Origin: a virus
Lineage: Duplodnaviria; Caudoviricetes
IMG/VR virus record: IMGVR_UViG_3300023214_000434
Coordinates: 1-28,575 of that record
Length of the DNA: 28,575 bases
Direction: 5' to 3' (one strand)
Shown: piece after piece, positions 19,052 through 28,289 of the stretch
Layout: each line of letters begins with the position of its first letter
Position numbering within the stretch: the stretch's first letter is position 1
Position numbers and translations under genes: made by a program
Notes under the pieces: generated by a model
What the model was told of the DNA's origin: nothing
Seen by the model: only the letters and a program-made list of their open reading frames with translations
Databases searched by the model: none

Positions 19052-19503
19052 AGATTGTTTTTATTGAAATTAACGGTGTATTGTTAAACAAAAAATGCTT
19101 GGTTGATATTAACGATGGTAAAAAAACCAGACTTAATTTTAACAATAATGCCTGTTCGCAGTTAAACCATATAGATCAATTCGTCCCGGGACCGCTTGGC
19201 CTGGTTGTTATTTGCTCTTGGAGAAATGAATACCCTTTAGAAGATCTAAAATGGATTTTTATAAATAACAACATACAGCCGCCGGTAGTTGGTGCTGTTA
19301 GTAGGTCAAATATAGGTCGGTCTTTGCTTATTAATGATTGGATTCTTTCTTATGAATATACCTTAGACAGTTATGTAATTCTAACATCGGACAACCATGA
19401 TATTGCATCGGAGCACAGATTAACCAGAACCGTCCTATGTGATCTAAAGACTGGGTTAAATAAACAGAAAGCTGAAAAAACAATAAAAATACTAAATCAA
19501 TAA
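19048..19503 (+). CDS. HAD-domain protein (HAD_SAK_2-like) with degenerate catalytic motifs
   Basis: KIVFIEINGVL (cf. FLDIDGVL), VVICSWR (cf. SSWR), YVILTSD (cf. YVILDD), TGL. Confidence 0.7.
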   Translation: MKIVFIEINGVLLNKKCLVDINDGKKTRLNFNNNACSQLNHIDQFVPGPLGLVVICSWRNEYPLEDLKWIFINNNIQPPVVGAVSRSNIGRSLLINDWILSYEYTLDSYVILTSDNHDIASEHRLTRTVLCDLKTGLNKQKAEKTIKILNQ

Positions 19504-19505
19504 CT

Positions 19506-19937
19506 ATGAGCACACTTAATAAAGTTATATTAATAGGCAACCTTGGCCACGATCCATCATGTAAAACAACAGATACGGGTGTTGATATTGCTAATTTGTC
19601 TTTAGCAACTTCGGAAAAGTGGAAAGATAATAACGGTGAATACCAGGAGCGTACCGAATGGCATGATATTACTTTTTTTGGAAGGCCTGCTGAAGTCTGT
19701 AAAAATTATCTTTCAAAGGGTGATAAAGTTTGTGTAGAAGGAAGCCTTAAAACAGAAACATATACCAATAAAGATGGCCAGGAAGTAACACGCACGAAAA
19801 TAACCGGGAGGGGGCTAACCATGCTTGGTAATAAGGATTCTAATAACCCCGACCGCACTCAAAAACCAAAACCTGAACCCAAAAAACAGGCTGATCTTGA
19901 CGTGGCAGATTTCACCGAAGACGATCTACCATTTTAA
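19506..19937 (+). CDS. ssb: Single-stranded DNA-binding protein
   Basis: LNKVILIGNLGHDP, ATSEKW, ERTEWH, KGDKVCVEG, C-terminal DDLPF. Confidence 0.97.
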   Translation: MSTLNKVILIGNLGHDPSCKTTDTGVDIANLSLATSEKWKDNNGEYQERTEWHDITFFGRPAEVCKNYLSKGDKVCVEGSLKTETYTNKDGQEVTRTKITGRGLTMLGNKDSNNPDRTQKPKPEPKKQADLDVADFTEDDLPF

Positions 19938-19940
19938 ATT

Positions 19941-20252
19941 ATGAATAATCTAATTAAATACATCTTAGCAATAGTTATAGCGGGAACCCTGCTTGTAACA
20001 TTGATCTTTGTATATCAGAATGAGATTAACTATGAGGCACATCAAAAAAATGCACGTATTATAAAAATTGAGATGTGCAAAGATAAGCCGGTAACATACT
20101 TTGTTTTAGAAGACGGACAAGCCGGCTCTGTTGATGGTCTTTACGGGCTACCTGGAGAAATTATAGGTATTGATAAAGCTTTGTATGTTAAAGGGCGATT
20201 TTATAAACTGCACCGGCTCGCAACAATTAGGAATTTAACGAGAGCACAATGA
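19941..20252 (+). CDS. Membrane-anchored hypothetical protein
   Basis: N-terminal transmembrane helix. Confidence 0.7.
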   Translation: MNNLIKYILAIVIAGTLLVTLIFVYQNEINYEAHQKNARIIKIEMCKDKPVTYFVLEDGQAGSVDGLYGLPGEIIGIDKALYVKGRFYKLHRLATIRNLTRAQ

Positions 20253-20548
20253 AAATTTGTCAAATTGATTTTCAATCAATGGAAGGGATAGGCCGGTTAA
20301 AGAATATTAACCCGGCGCTGGAAACCCAAACGATAAACACTATATTTATATCCTGCAATATGTTACCTGATATACCTATAGGTGTACACCCTGTTTATTC
20401 AAGTGTTGATTTGTTTGGGAGGGCTGCTAAAGCACTTGAATACCGTCAATATTCACGTTGGGAGGATTATGTTAACGGTTTCTTTCCTGATATAGGATCT
20501 GCCAGAGAATTTATAAAATCAAACCTACCCATATTACATACTAATTAA
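20249..20548 (+). CDS. Hypothetical protein
   Basis: ATGA overlap with the upstream gene. Confidence 0.6.
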   Translation: MKICQIDFQSMEGIGRLKNINPALETQTINTIFISCNMLPDIPIGVHPVYSSVDLFGRAAKALEYRQYSRWEDYVNGFFPDIGSAREFIKSNLPILHTN

Positions 20549-21805
20549 CAAGGGCATCTATCTTTTTTATAATCGCCTCTACAACATTTACCGTAACAGC
20601 ATTACCTAATGTTTTGTAGCGTTGCGTATCACTTATTTCAGTGATTTCACCATCAATGATTCCGAATTTTGTCCAACCATCAGAGAACCCCTGAAGGCGC
20701 TCACACTCAATAGGCGTAAAGCGCCTTGCTGAACACCACGCTTATCTTGGGAAGTGAGTGTAAAGCTCGGTTCATCATCCTCTTTAAACCTTCGTCCGTT
20801 TTGCCGCTTCTGCAATCTATCGGGAGTTAAGGCAGACCCTACCATTGGCTGGTGCTCGTGTGATTCAGCCTTCAGCGTCGGAACTATATCATGTTTTTGG
20901 GGCGGCTTATCTTTGTGCCCGTAATGGGACAATATTACGGGCTGGACGCTTCCATCTTCCCGTGCACGTGCCGGAATACATGGAGAAATATCGGAGTTTT
21001 TAAGCTCTCTAAATCCTTCATCATCTTTATGTGTTCTCCATGTGCCGGATTTAACCTGGTTTTTTTCTACAATATGGGTATGTTTATTTTTATTTATTGA
21101 ATCAATGCCCTTGTTATAGTTTGATGTTAGACAATAAGCATTACCCTTTGTCGTGAATTTATTTTGAATTAACGTCATCGAGCTGTGCAATCCTCCTGAA
21201 TTCCCCCCTGCTGTGAACGTTCGAGCAATTGGGGTTTTGATTGTCCCTTTAGAAGGCCTTTTATCTTTTTTTCTGATAGGTAATATTTCCCCGGTACGTC
21301 CTCCGGTTTCTGTAAGATGTCCGATAATAAAGATTCGCTCTCTGTTTTGTGGGACTCCGAATTGGCAACTATTAACCACCTCCCAACCAACGGTATAACC
21401 AAGCTCGGTAAGAATTTGGTAGATTCTTGCAATAGTTTTTCCAGATTCATGACTAAGTAAACCTTTAACGTTTTCGAGTAGAACCCATTCAGGTTGTTTA
21501 ACCTTACAAATTTCTGCGATGTTAAAAAATATAGTGCCTCTTGTGTCTTTAAATCCTTGTCTTTTGCCAGCAATGCTAAAAGATTGGCACGGAAATCCTC
21601 CAACGAGAAGGTTGAAATCGGGTAATTCGGGAACAGTGATTTTTGTGATGTCTCCATAATTTTTGTGTTTAGGATAGTGATAATTATATATAGCATTTGC
21701 GTATTTATCAATCTCAGAAAAACCCACACACTCCCATTCCTTTACAGCACGTTCTATGCCGTGCTCAAATCCTGCTATTCCACTACAAACAGAAAAATAT
21801 TTCAT
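20541..21805 (-). pseudogene. dcm: C5-cytosine DNA methyltransferase, frameshifted near 20725
   Basis: Motifs CSGIAG, GGFPCQ, ENV and QNRER in the main frame; motifs IX and X (RRFTPIECERLQGF, RYKTLGNAV) lie in another frame at 20541-20726. Confidence 0.85.
21175..21657 (-). CDS. Nested alternative-frame ORF within the methyltransferase (candidate second polypeptide), 160 aa
   Basis: Open for over 480 nt in AT-rich DNA; contains SESLLSDILQKPEDVPGKYYLSEK, resembling the L.DIL...V..KYYLS segment of C5-MTases. Confidence 0.6.
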   Translation of the reverse strand: METSQKSLFPNYPISTFSLEDFRANLLALLAKDKDLKTQEALYFLTSQKFVRLNNLNGFYSKTLKVYLVMNLEKLLQESTKFLPSLVIPLVGRWLIVANSESHKTESESLLSDILQKPEDVPGKYYLSEKKIKGLLKGQSKPQLLERSQQGGIQEDCTAR

Positions 21806-22107
21806 GATATATTATTTTTACTCATCAGCTCATCTCTTATCATATCTACCAAATCTTTATGTTCAGAATTTGTAATAGCCTTTTCTATTGGTACCGGCAC
21901 ACCTAACTTAATGGCATTCGTTTCAGATAACACATCGGTTATTGTTTTATCTTCTTTTAATAGTTTATCCCATTCATCTTTTGTGAATGCAGAAAGCCCA
22001 ATGAATGCATAATCTTCAGCAGGTTTGTCATCTTTTTTAACTGATAAAATAATTGTTTGAAAATAAATATTATCCATAGCTATTATTTTTTGACAATAAT
22101 ATGGCAT
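21802..22107 (-). CDS. Hypothetical protein
   Basis: ATGA overlap with dcm; the start may be at 22077. Confidence 0.65.
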   Translation of the reverse strand: MPYYCQKIIAMDNIYFQTIILSVKKDDKPAEDYAFIGLSAFTKDEWDKLLKEDKTITDVLSETNAIKLGVPVPIEKAITNSEHKDLVDMIRDELMSKNNIS

Positions 22108-22147
22108 TGTCTTATTATTGTCAATAACAAATTTATGACATATACCT

Positions 22148-23017
22148 ATGACTGAAGATCAAAAAGAAATTTACAAAAAACTATCCGAAAAATTTAAAGT
22201 TGATGATATAGAATGGGTTATTGTAAGCGCCTATGACTATAACAGCAAAAATGGATATGTAATTAAAGCTTTTGCCACACCTTATATTAAAAAAGAATCA
22301 GCAGAACATCGCCTTGATACCGTGATTGGGCCGTTCAATTGGAAAAACAAATTTGAACTTTTACCCGGGGAAAAGGTCAGGTTCACAATAAAAATCCGGC
22401 AGAACCAAGAATCTGATTGGATAGAAAAAAGCGAAGGAGCCACTCTTGATACCCGGGAACGCGGACAATTCACCCTAACAGCGCTCGAAAGCGCTTTAGC
22501 GTTTGCCGAAAAAAGAGTACTTAGTAAGATAGGTATTGGCAGATATTTAAAGCTTGTACCACAAATTGGTGTTGAGGTTAGCAATAGTTGGCAGCCTGAA
22601 TGGAATTCATATCAGTTTAAAAGTAAAGTAAAAAAACAAAACGGAAAACCTGAATACATAAAGTTTTATTGGAAAGAGCCGGTTCTGCCAAGCGATGCCT
22701 TACACCAAGAAGAAAAACACCTTGGGGTTGAAAATAAAACACAAGCTAATCCACAATCTGTTCCGGCTGAAAAAAAACCGGCTTCCAAAAAAATGTTAGA
22801 GGATATTGAAGCGTATTTTATGCACCTGCAAAATCCCGATGAAGCTGATGAATGGCAACCGTATATATATAAAGAAGTAACAGATGAAGAAACGGGTGAA
22901 ATACGTATTGTACAGAGAAATTTATCACTGAATGCAGCACAAAAAATACTTAATAAGATGGAGCAAAAATATGGCAAGCTCATTAACAATGTTCCAGAGT
23001 CCGTAAAAAAAAAGTGA
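22148..23017 (+). CDS. Rad52/Rad22-family (Sak-like) single-strand annealing protein
   Basis: LSEKF..DDIEW, PYI, RLDTVIGPFNW, WIEKSEG, KR...IGIGRYL. Confidence 0.8.
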   Translation: MTEDQKEIYKKLSEKFKVDDIEWVIVSAYDYNSKNGYVIKAFATPYIKKESAEHRLDTVIGPFNWKNKFELLPGEKVRFTIKIRQNQESDWIEKSEGATLDTRERGQFTLTALESALAFAEKRVLSKIGIGRYLKLVPQIGVEVSNSWQPEWNSYQFKSKVKKQNGKPEYIKFYWKEPVLPSDALHQEEKHLGVENKTQANPQSVPAEKKPASKKMLEDIEAYFMHLQNPDEADEWQPYIYKEVTDEETGEIRIVQRNLSLNAAQKILNKMEQKYGKLINNVPESVKKK

Positions 23018-23060
23018 TAGCTGATCCAGATATGCTAACCATAACAAAACAACTATATCA

Positions 23061-23330
23061 ATGAAACAAGTTCAGGATATTATTCGAGACTGTAATGCAC
23101 TGGGTGTTTCTCCCCCGGTTATATCTACATTTTTGTACCTTTGGACATTTAAGAAAAACCGGATACAAAAATCACAAAGTTTTTTAGCTAAAGACAGCCA
23201 GATGGGAAAGCGCCGGCTCAGGGATCATTTATATAAGTTAATTAACCAAGGCTTTATTGAATACCACAGGCCCAAAGAGTACGGAGGAGAGAAGACTATA
23301 GAACTTCGTAAATACCGGCATAATGAATAA
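23061..23330 (+). CDS. Winged-helix protein
   Basis: SQSFLAKDSQMGKRRLRDHLYKLINQGFIEY. Confidence 0.7.
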   Translation: MKQVQDIIRDCNALGVSPPVISTFLYLWTFKKNRIQKSQSFLAKDSQMGKRRLRDHLYKLINQGFIEYHRPKEYGGEKTIELRKYRHNE

Positions 23331-24321
23331 AGGTCTCGATTTTTTTATACACTCATCTACCGCTATGCAAACAAAACCGTTAAAAATTTATTGCTCTTTA
23401 ACGGGATTACCGGGTGCTGGGTTTTACTGGACTATACTTGAAAAAATGTTTTTTGAGGAAGGCTATTATCTTACCGTTGATGATGACTTTATTATGCTCT
23501 ATATAGCTGAATACAACCGGCCGGAGTATCCGGTGAGCAAGGAAGTTATCAACAATCTTATTGAACACGCTCTCTATGCTAATGTATTTGATAAGAAAAT
23601 GTTTAAAACTTATGGGGTATTGACCAGTCAGAATATACAAAAGAGCTTTATTACAGCCTGTAAACGGAGAAAATCAATAACACTTGATTATAGGTACCTA
23701 CTTATTAATGTTGATAAGTTTATTGAAAAGGAGCTTGGATCTGTTAACTTTGATGTTACTATTGTTAACAAGTCAACTAAAAATGTTAACAACAAAGAAA
23801 CAAATGTTAACAACCATAACGCTGATGATCACACAAAGAAACCACAGATCGAGCCTTATGTTGCATCATCTAAACAGAAATATTCCGGGGGAAAGATTGA
23901 TTATAAAAGTTTTGTTGATTCTTTTAACAAGTTAAGTGATGCGAATACAAGGTTAACACCTAAAAAAAAGAAAGATATTAAACGAGCATTAAACGTTTAT
24001 ACAGGTAGGGAGTTACTTGGCGGATTAGAAGTTCGGGCAAGAAGCAGTATGATTAAAGAAGCCCATCGTAGGGATTGGAATACCTATTACGGCCGAAAAA
24101 AAATGGAAGCTATAGATAAATGGGTTGACCGGTGGTATGCCTTTAATGAAACTCAGAATAAAATGAATACGGTTTCTGATCATTTAAAAGCAGGCTGGTT
24201 GAGGCCAGATAAATATAAGGAAGTTTGCAAAGAGAGAGGATTAGATCCACAAGAACATATTTGGAGAGAATCAAAGGTTGTAGAAGGAAAAGAGTTACTT
24301 TTACCAAGTTTTAGAACTTAG
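23323..24321 (+). CDS. Phage replication initiator (DUF4373 / Lin1244-like N-terminal domain)
   Basis: KGLDFF, GFYWTILE, FDKKMFKTYGVLTSQNIQKSF; internal iterons; directly upstream of dnaB. Confidence 0.8.
   Translation: MNKGLDFFIHSSTAMQTKPLKIYCSLTGLPGAGFYWTILEKMFFEEGYYLTVDDDFIMLYIAEYNRPEYPVSKEVINNLIEHALYANVFDKKMFKTYGVLTSQNIQKSFITACKRRKSITLDYRYLLINVDKFIEKELGSVNFDVTIVNKSTKNVNNKETNVNNHNADDHTKKPQIEPYVASSKQKYSGGKIDYKSFVDSFNKLSDANTRLTPKKKKDIKRALNVYTGRELLGGLEVRARSSMIKEAHRRDWNTYYGRKKMEAIDKWVDRWYAFNETQNKMNTVSDHLKAGWLRPDKYKEVCKERGLDPQEHIWRESKVVEGKELLLPSFRT
23742..23812. repeat. Origin-type iterons inside the initiator gene
   Basis: TGTTAAC at 23742, 23763, 23784 and 23805 (21-bp period); variant TGATCAC at 23826. 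Confidence 0.85.
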
Positions 24322-24330
24322 AACATAGCT

Positions 24331-25758
24331 ATGGACAACGCAAAGATACCGCCTCAAGCAACAGAAATTGAAGTAGAGTTATTATCAAGCATGATGTTTA
24401 TGCCGGATATGCTTGATATATGTATACAGGGTTTAAAGCAAAATATAGATGTGTTTTACTCCCCGCAACACAGACTTATATACAAAGCTATATTAGATTT
24501 GTATAACAAGAATAAAAAAGTTGATACAAATTTAATTATCCAGCAGCTTAGAAAAAATGAGGCTCTTGAAAGAGCTGGGGGAGAGCAATCAATTTATCAA
24601 ATTGCCGCCGATCACGGAGTAGGAGAACGAGTTGCGTTAGATTATATTGATATACTTAAAGATAAAAAGGCAAAGAGAGATCTAATTTTATTAACTACAC
24701 AGGTATCCAATAAAGCCTACAGTGAATCTTCGGACAGCCGGGAGCTTATTGGAGAACTTAATTCATTAGCATCAAAACTTGGTACAGATTTTTATAATGA
24801 AACGGGCGGATACAGTAAAGACATTATTTATCAGGCTCTTGAATATGTTGAGCATCGCAAGGAAAACCCCGGTCTTTCCGGCGCGCCAACCGGAACTCCA
24901 TTAGATAAATATACCAACGGTTATCAGGATGGCAGTCTTTATATTATTGGGGCAAGGCCTGGTATTGGTAAATCGGCGTTCATTATAAAGAACGCTTTTT
25001 ATGCAGCAACCCTTAAAAGTGATTTTAAGCGCCGGCCTTTCGTATGGAATGGTGAAATGGTAAACAGGGATATAATACTTAGGCAAATGGCACTTGAAAG
25101 CCGGGTTAATTTTACTAAAATAAGATCAGGTTCTATAAATAAGGATGATATGGATCAGTTAATGAAGGCAAGCGAGAGGTTATACGATTGTGATTTATTT
25201 ATAGAAGACACTCCTGCAATAGGAATACATGAATTAGCTGCTAAATATAAAGCGAAAGTAACCCAAGGCTATGATATGCTTTTTGTTGATTATTTGCAGT
25301 TGATGAGCGGTTATAAAGAAGGCAATAGAGAGCAAGAGATATCAAGTATATCAAGAGGACTTAAAGCCTTAGCTAAAGAAACCAATACTCCGGTTATTGC
25401 CTGTTCACAATTATCAAGGGAATGTCTTAAACGACCTGGCGCTCAACCAAAACTGGATGATTTAAGAGAGAGTGGTACATTGGAACAGGATGCTGATTGT
25501 GTTATATTTCTCAATCGCCCGGAACTTTTTGGCCACGATGAATACAAGGGGCAATCGACAACTGGTATTGGATTTATTGATATCGCAAAAAACAGGAATG
25601 GAATGCTCGGGACATTTAAAATGGATTTTATTTCACATTATGCAGAATGGCGTACCCAACAACCGGGCAGAGATGATAGAAAACCATCCTTACGACCTGT
25701 AGGTACACAGAACATGCCACATAATCTTCCTCTGGACGATGACGACCAACCATTTTAA
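24331..25758 (+). CDS. dnaB: Replicative DNA helicase
   Basis: IPPQ, GARPGIGKS, FVDYLQLM, SQLSR, DLRESGTLEQDAD, IAKNRNG. Confidence 0.97.
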   Translation: MDNAKIPPQATEIEVELLSSMMFMPDMLDICIQGLKQNIDVFYSPQHRLIYKAILDLYNKNKKVDTNLIIQQLRKNEALERAGGEQSIYQIAADHGVGERVALDYIDILKDKKAKRDLILLTTQVSNKAYSESSDSRELIGELNSLASKLGTDFYNETGGYSKDIIYQALEYVEHRKENPGLSGAPTGTPLDKYTNGYQDGSLYIIGARPGIGKSAFIIKNAFYAATLKSDFKRRPFVWNGEMVNRDIILRQMALESRVNFTKIRSGSINKDDMDQLMKASERLYDCDLFIEDTPAIGIHELAAKYKAKVTQGYDMLFVDYLQLMSGYKEGNREQEISSISRGLKALAKETNTPVIACSQLSRECLKRPGAQPKLDDLRESGTLEQDADCVIFLNRPELFGHDEYKGQSTTGIGFIDIAKNRNGMLGTFKMDFISHYAEWRTQQPGRDDRKPSLRPVGTQNMPHNLPLDDDDQPF

Positions 25759-25785
25759 TAATAAATTAAATGATAAAAACTAAAG

Positions 25786-26445
25786 ATGACTACACCTATA
25801 TTAATTTTATGTATCCTACTATTGGTTATAACAATTGCTTCAACATCACTTGCTTTGAGCTTTTATAATGAAAAGATATCAAAGCAAAAATCACTTGATT
25901 TTTATAAATGTATTGGTAAGCCCGTTTATACAGAGCATCATGATGTAGATGATGAAGGAAAAATTGAGATCCCTGAAGAAGATCAAGAGGTTCTTTATGA
26001 TCTGATGCTTAATCAGATAAAGTATTTAGTCTATGTAAAAAAGATTGCCCCTACAAACGCTATGCTTATTGAACATTTAGCAGATGCACTTGCAAGCGCA
26101 TGTGATTCCTTTGAGCCAATGAAAGGTAACCGGTATGAAAGAATGAATGAATCCTGGTTGATTGTTTCTGCTTATGCCTTACGATTATACATGGAAGGAA
26201 CGCCGCATAACAGTGATGAAGCCCGGGAAAGTATGATTATTTATGGGAAAATGTCATCAAACAGGTTAGAGAAATGGGCAAAGCACATAACAGATCAAAT
26301 AAGCGATGCTGTACGTAAAGGAATTATTGGTAAAAATGAAGCTACTAATGTAACAGAAAAAATACACACAATAAGTAATAGTGTTTATACTGCTGATGAA
26401 ATCAATGATATATTGAGAAGCAAATCAACCAGAAATTTAAATTAA
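25786..26445 (+). CDS. Membrane-anchored hypothetical protein
   Basis: N-terminal transmembrane helix, 219 aa. Confidence 0.75.
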   Translation: MTTPILILCILLLVITIASTSLALSFYNEKISKQKSLDFYKCIGKPVYTEHHDVDDEGKIEIPEEDQEVLYDLMLNQIKYLVYVKKIAPTNAMLIEHLADALASACDSFEPMKGNRYERMNESWLIVSAYALRLYMEGTPHNSDEARESMIIYGKMSSNRLEKWAKHITDQISDAVRKGIIGKNEATNVTEKIHTISNSVYTADEINDILRSKSTRNLN

Positions 26446-26543
26446 GCAATTGCACCAGGGTTTAGCATACCTGCTCCCGCCTCGTAAGACGCTGTATGCC
26501 ACCGATGGGAGCCACTTCCTCGATGCCCCGATGCAATGTGCTT
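26444..26543 (-). ncRNA. Candidate structured RNA (three-way junction plus pseudoknot)
   Basis: GC-rich 100-nt island with four stems that need G-U pairs on the minus strand, a UACG loop, and GCUCC/GGAGC long-range complementarity. Confidence 0.55.
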
Positions 26544-26624
26544 AAAATCTTCAATTTTATTGTTCAACAACTCTTTTAATGGCTTCACTAACCACCCAGT
26601 CATTGGTTGATTTATATATTAAAT

Positions 26625-26680
26625 GTCTAACTAATTTAAGCCTCACACGCTATGTGGCTTTCTTAAGGCAAATTTTACAA
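26625..26680 (+). mobile_element. Degenerate attC-like site
   Basis: GTCTAAC...TTAAG/CTTAA...TTTACAA, with the GTT changed to TTT. Confidence 0.4.
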
Positions 26681-27253
26681 ACGTTGTTCTCGTCTTTGTT
26701 CAAGAATTTCTATCGCTTTTTCAATGCCATTAAGACTTATGTGAGGCTCAGCATTTATGTCTAAATAACACCATTTTTCTATCTCATCTACAAAATTTAA
26801 AAGTTCTTCATAGGGCATAGTTTTTGTTTCATCAGTTAGGCTTTTGAAAACATGGTCAACCCTTATGTACTCAACATCTGAATCGTTAATTCTATCCTTA
26901 CACCAAGTAACTCCTTCAAAATTTGGGCCTCGGTGTTCTGTTTCGTCAATTTGTAAGTATATTTTATCAGGCGCTTTCATTTTTTTGCTATCTAAAGTGT
27001 TGCTATATCTTTGATGCGAATGGTCTATGAACTCTTTTACGGCATAAACAATATCATCCATTTCCCCCTCCGTTAGCACCAGCCCGTGCTCTGTATGAAA
27101 GAAATTAAATAAGCTTTGATAGACTTCTTTCGGGGTGTGTTGCGGTGATACATCCTTTTCAGCAATATCAATAAGGGCTTGTATGTCGCCCCGGTCTACA
27201 TACCAGTTGTTCTTGAGCTGTGTTTTAACACGTTGTAATAGTTCGTTTTTCAT
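26675..27253 (-). CDS. Hypothetical cassette protein, probably several small domains fused
   Basis: 192 aa; internal MKAPDKIYLQ...VTWCKDRINDSDVEYIR segment. Confidence 0.75.
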   Translation of the reverse strand: MKNELLQRVKTQLKNNWYVDRGDIQALIDIAEKDVSPQHTPKEVYQSLFNFFHTEHGLVLTEGEMDDIVYAVKEFIDHSHQRYSNTLDSKKMKAPDKIYLQIDETEHRGPNFEGVTWCKDRINDSDVEYIRVDHVFKSLTDETKTMPYEELLNFVDEIEKWCYLDINAEPHISLNGIEKAIEILEQRREQRL

Positions 27254-27267
27254 AATCCTTTCTATAT

Positions 27268-27353
27268 TTCTAACCTTAGTTTCCTACTGACAAGCAAGGC
27301 GCTTGAGGGTTGTTCACGCCCAGTCCGGCTTGCAGTAGAAACTTTTGTTATTT
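27268..27353 (+). mobile_element. attC-like recombination site, 86 bp
   Basis: Minus strand AAATAAC..AGTTT-CTACTG-CAAGC...GCTTG-T-CAGTAG-G-AAACT..GTTAGAA, with unpaired T and G 6 nt apart. Confidence 0.8.
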
Positions 27354-27926
27354 TTATTTAAACAATTGCTCTTGTCCTTCCGGTTCGGGCTTTTGTAATG
27401 GATAATATTTACAATCTTCCTGCCCTTTTATCCATACTGTCCACAAAACTTCCATTGTAGAATTACCACCTTTTCCAGGTTCATTGAAAAGAAAATCTGG
27501 CCTCCATGTAAGCGGAAGAACGTAAGTTGGCTTATGTCTCATAAATAAACCCAAGCGTTTTTTTGCGTGCCAATATTGGCTTTTCAATACCATAGCCACG
27601 GTATCAGCCTCACTAATCGCTTTCTCTATAAATTCTTCGGCATGCTTAAATGGCGGGTTTGTTATAATGGCATCCACATATTCAGGAGGTTCAGTTTCAA
27701 AATAGTTGTCTCCAAACTGTATATCAGTTCCAATTACATTATGGCCATATTTTTCAATTTCATTCACCATATAACCTTCGCCGCAAGCTGGTTCCCAAAT
27801 CGTTGAACCTTGTGGAATAAATAGAAAATCCATTAAAGCCCGTGTTACTTCAGGAGGAGTTGGATAGTAGTCCAAATCCCTTCTATCTTCTGTTTTCCCA
27901 CCAGTATGTAAATTCAGTTTATCCAT
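27354..27926 (-). CDS. DNA amino-methyltransferase (N6A/N4C type)
   Basis: DYYPTP, IWEPACGEG, IITNPPF. Confidence 0.88.
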   Translation of the reverse strand: MDKLNLHTGGKTEDRRDLDYYPTPPEVTRALMDFLFIPQGSTIWEPACGEGYMVNEIEKYGHNVIGTDIQFGDNYFETEPPEYVDAIITNPPFKHAEEFIEKAISEADTVAMVLKSQYWHAKKRLGLFMRHKPTYVLPLTWRPDFLFNEPGKGGNSTMEVLWTVWIKGQEDCKYYPLQKPEPEGQEQLFK

Positions 27927-27951
27927 TTCAAAATCCGCAATTGTTTAAAAA

Positions 27952-28010
27952 AAATAACAATGGCTTCAACGTGACCGCAAAGCGGACACGTTAAGCCTTA
28001 CACGTTAGGT
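27952..28010 (+). mobile_element. attC-like recombination site, 59 bp
   Basis: Minus strand ACCTAAC..GGCTT-AACGTG-T-CCGC-TTT-GCGG-T-CACGTT-G-AAGCC-ATT-GTTATTT. Confidence 0.8.
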
Positions 28011-28289
28011 TGCATTTATTATTTCTAATATATCAGCAAGCTTATCATTAATTTCCCTGTACTTAAAAGAGTTCAATCCTGCATTATTTTGTTCGTCTAA
28101 ATAGCAAGCATTACCAAGTTCTTGCTGCCATTGTTCAATTTGTTTCTGCAACCTAACAATAGTATCAACAGCGGACGCGGTTTCTAAGCGTTGTTCAAGA
28201 AACTTAGAATAAAACCTCCAATACAGGTAGGTATCTTTTCTAATTCTTTTTGATATATCGGTGCTCTCAAATTCTTCCTGTAAATTCAT
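28005..28289 (-). CDS. Hypothetical cassette protein; start codon lies inside an attC-like loop
   Basis: 94 aa; its stop TAA is part of the ACCTAAC core. Confidence 0.7.
   Translation of the reverse strand: MNLQEEFESTDISKRIRKDTYLYWRFYSKFLEQRLETASAVDTIVRLQKQIEQWQQELGNACYLDEQNNAGLNSFKYREINDKLADILEIINAT

Noticed and set aside
26442-26603. 53-aa minus-strand ORF (MTGWLVKP...)
   Set aside because: No recognisable features; the GC-rich part is better explained by RNA structure, though coding is not excluded
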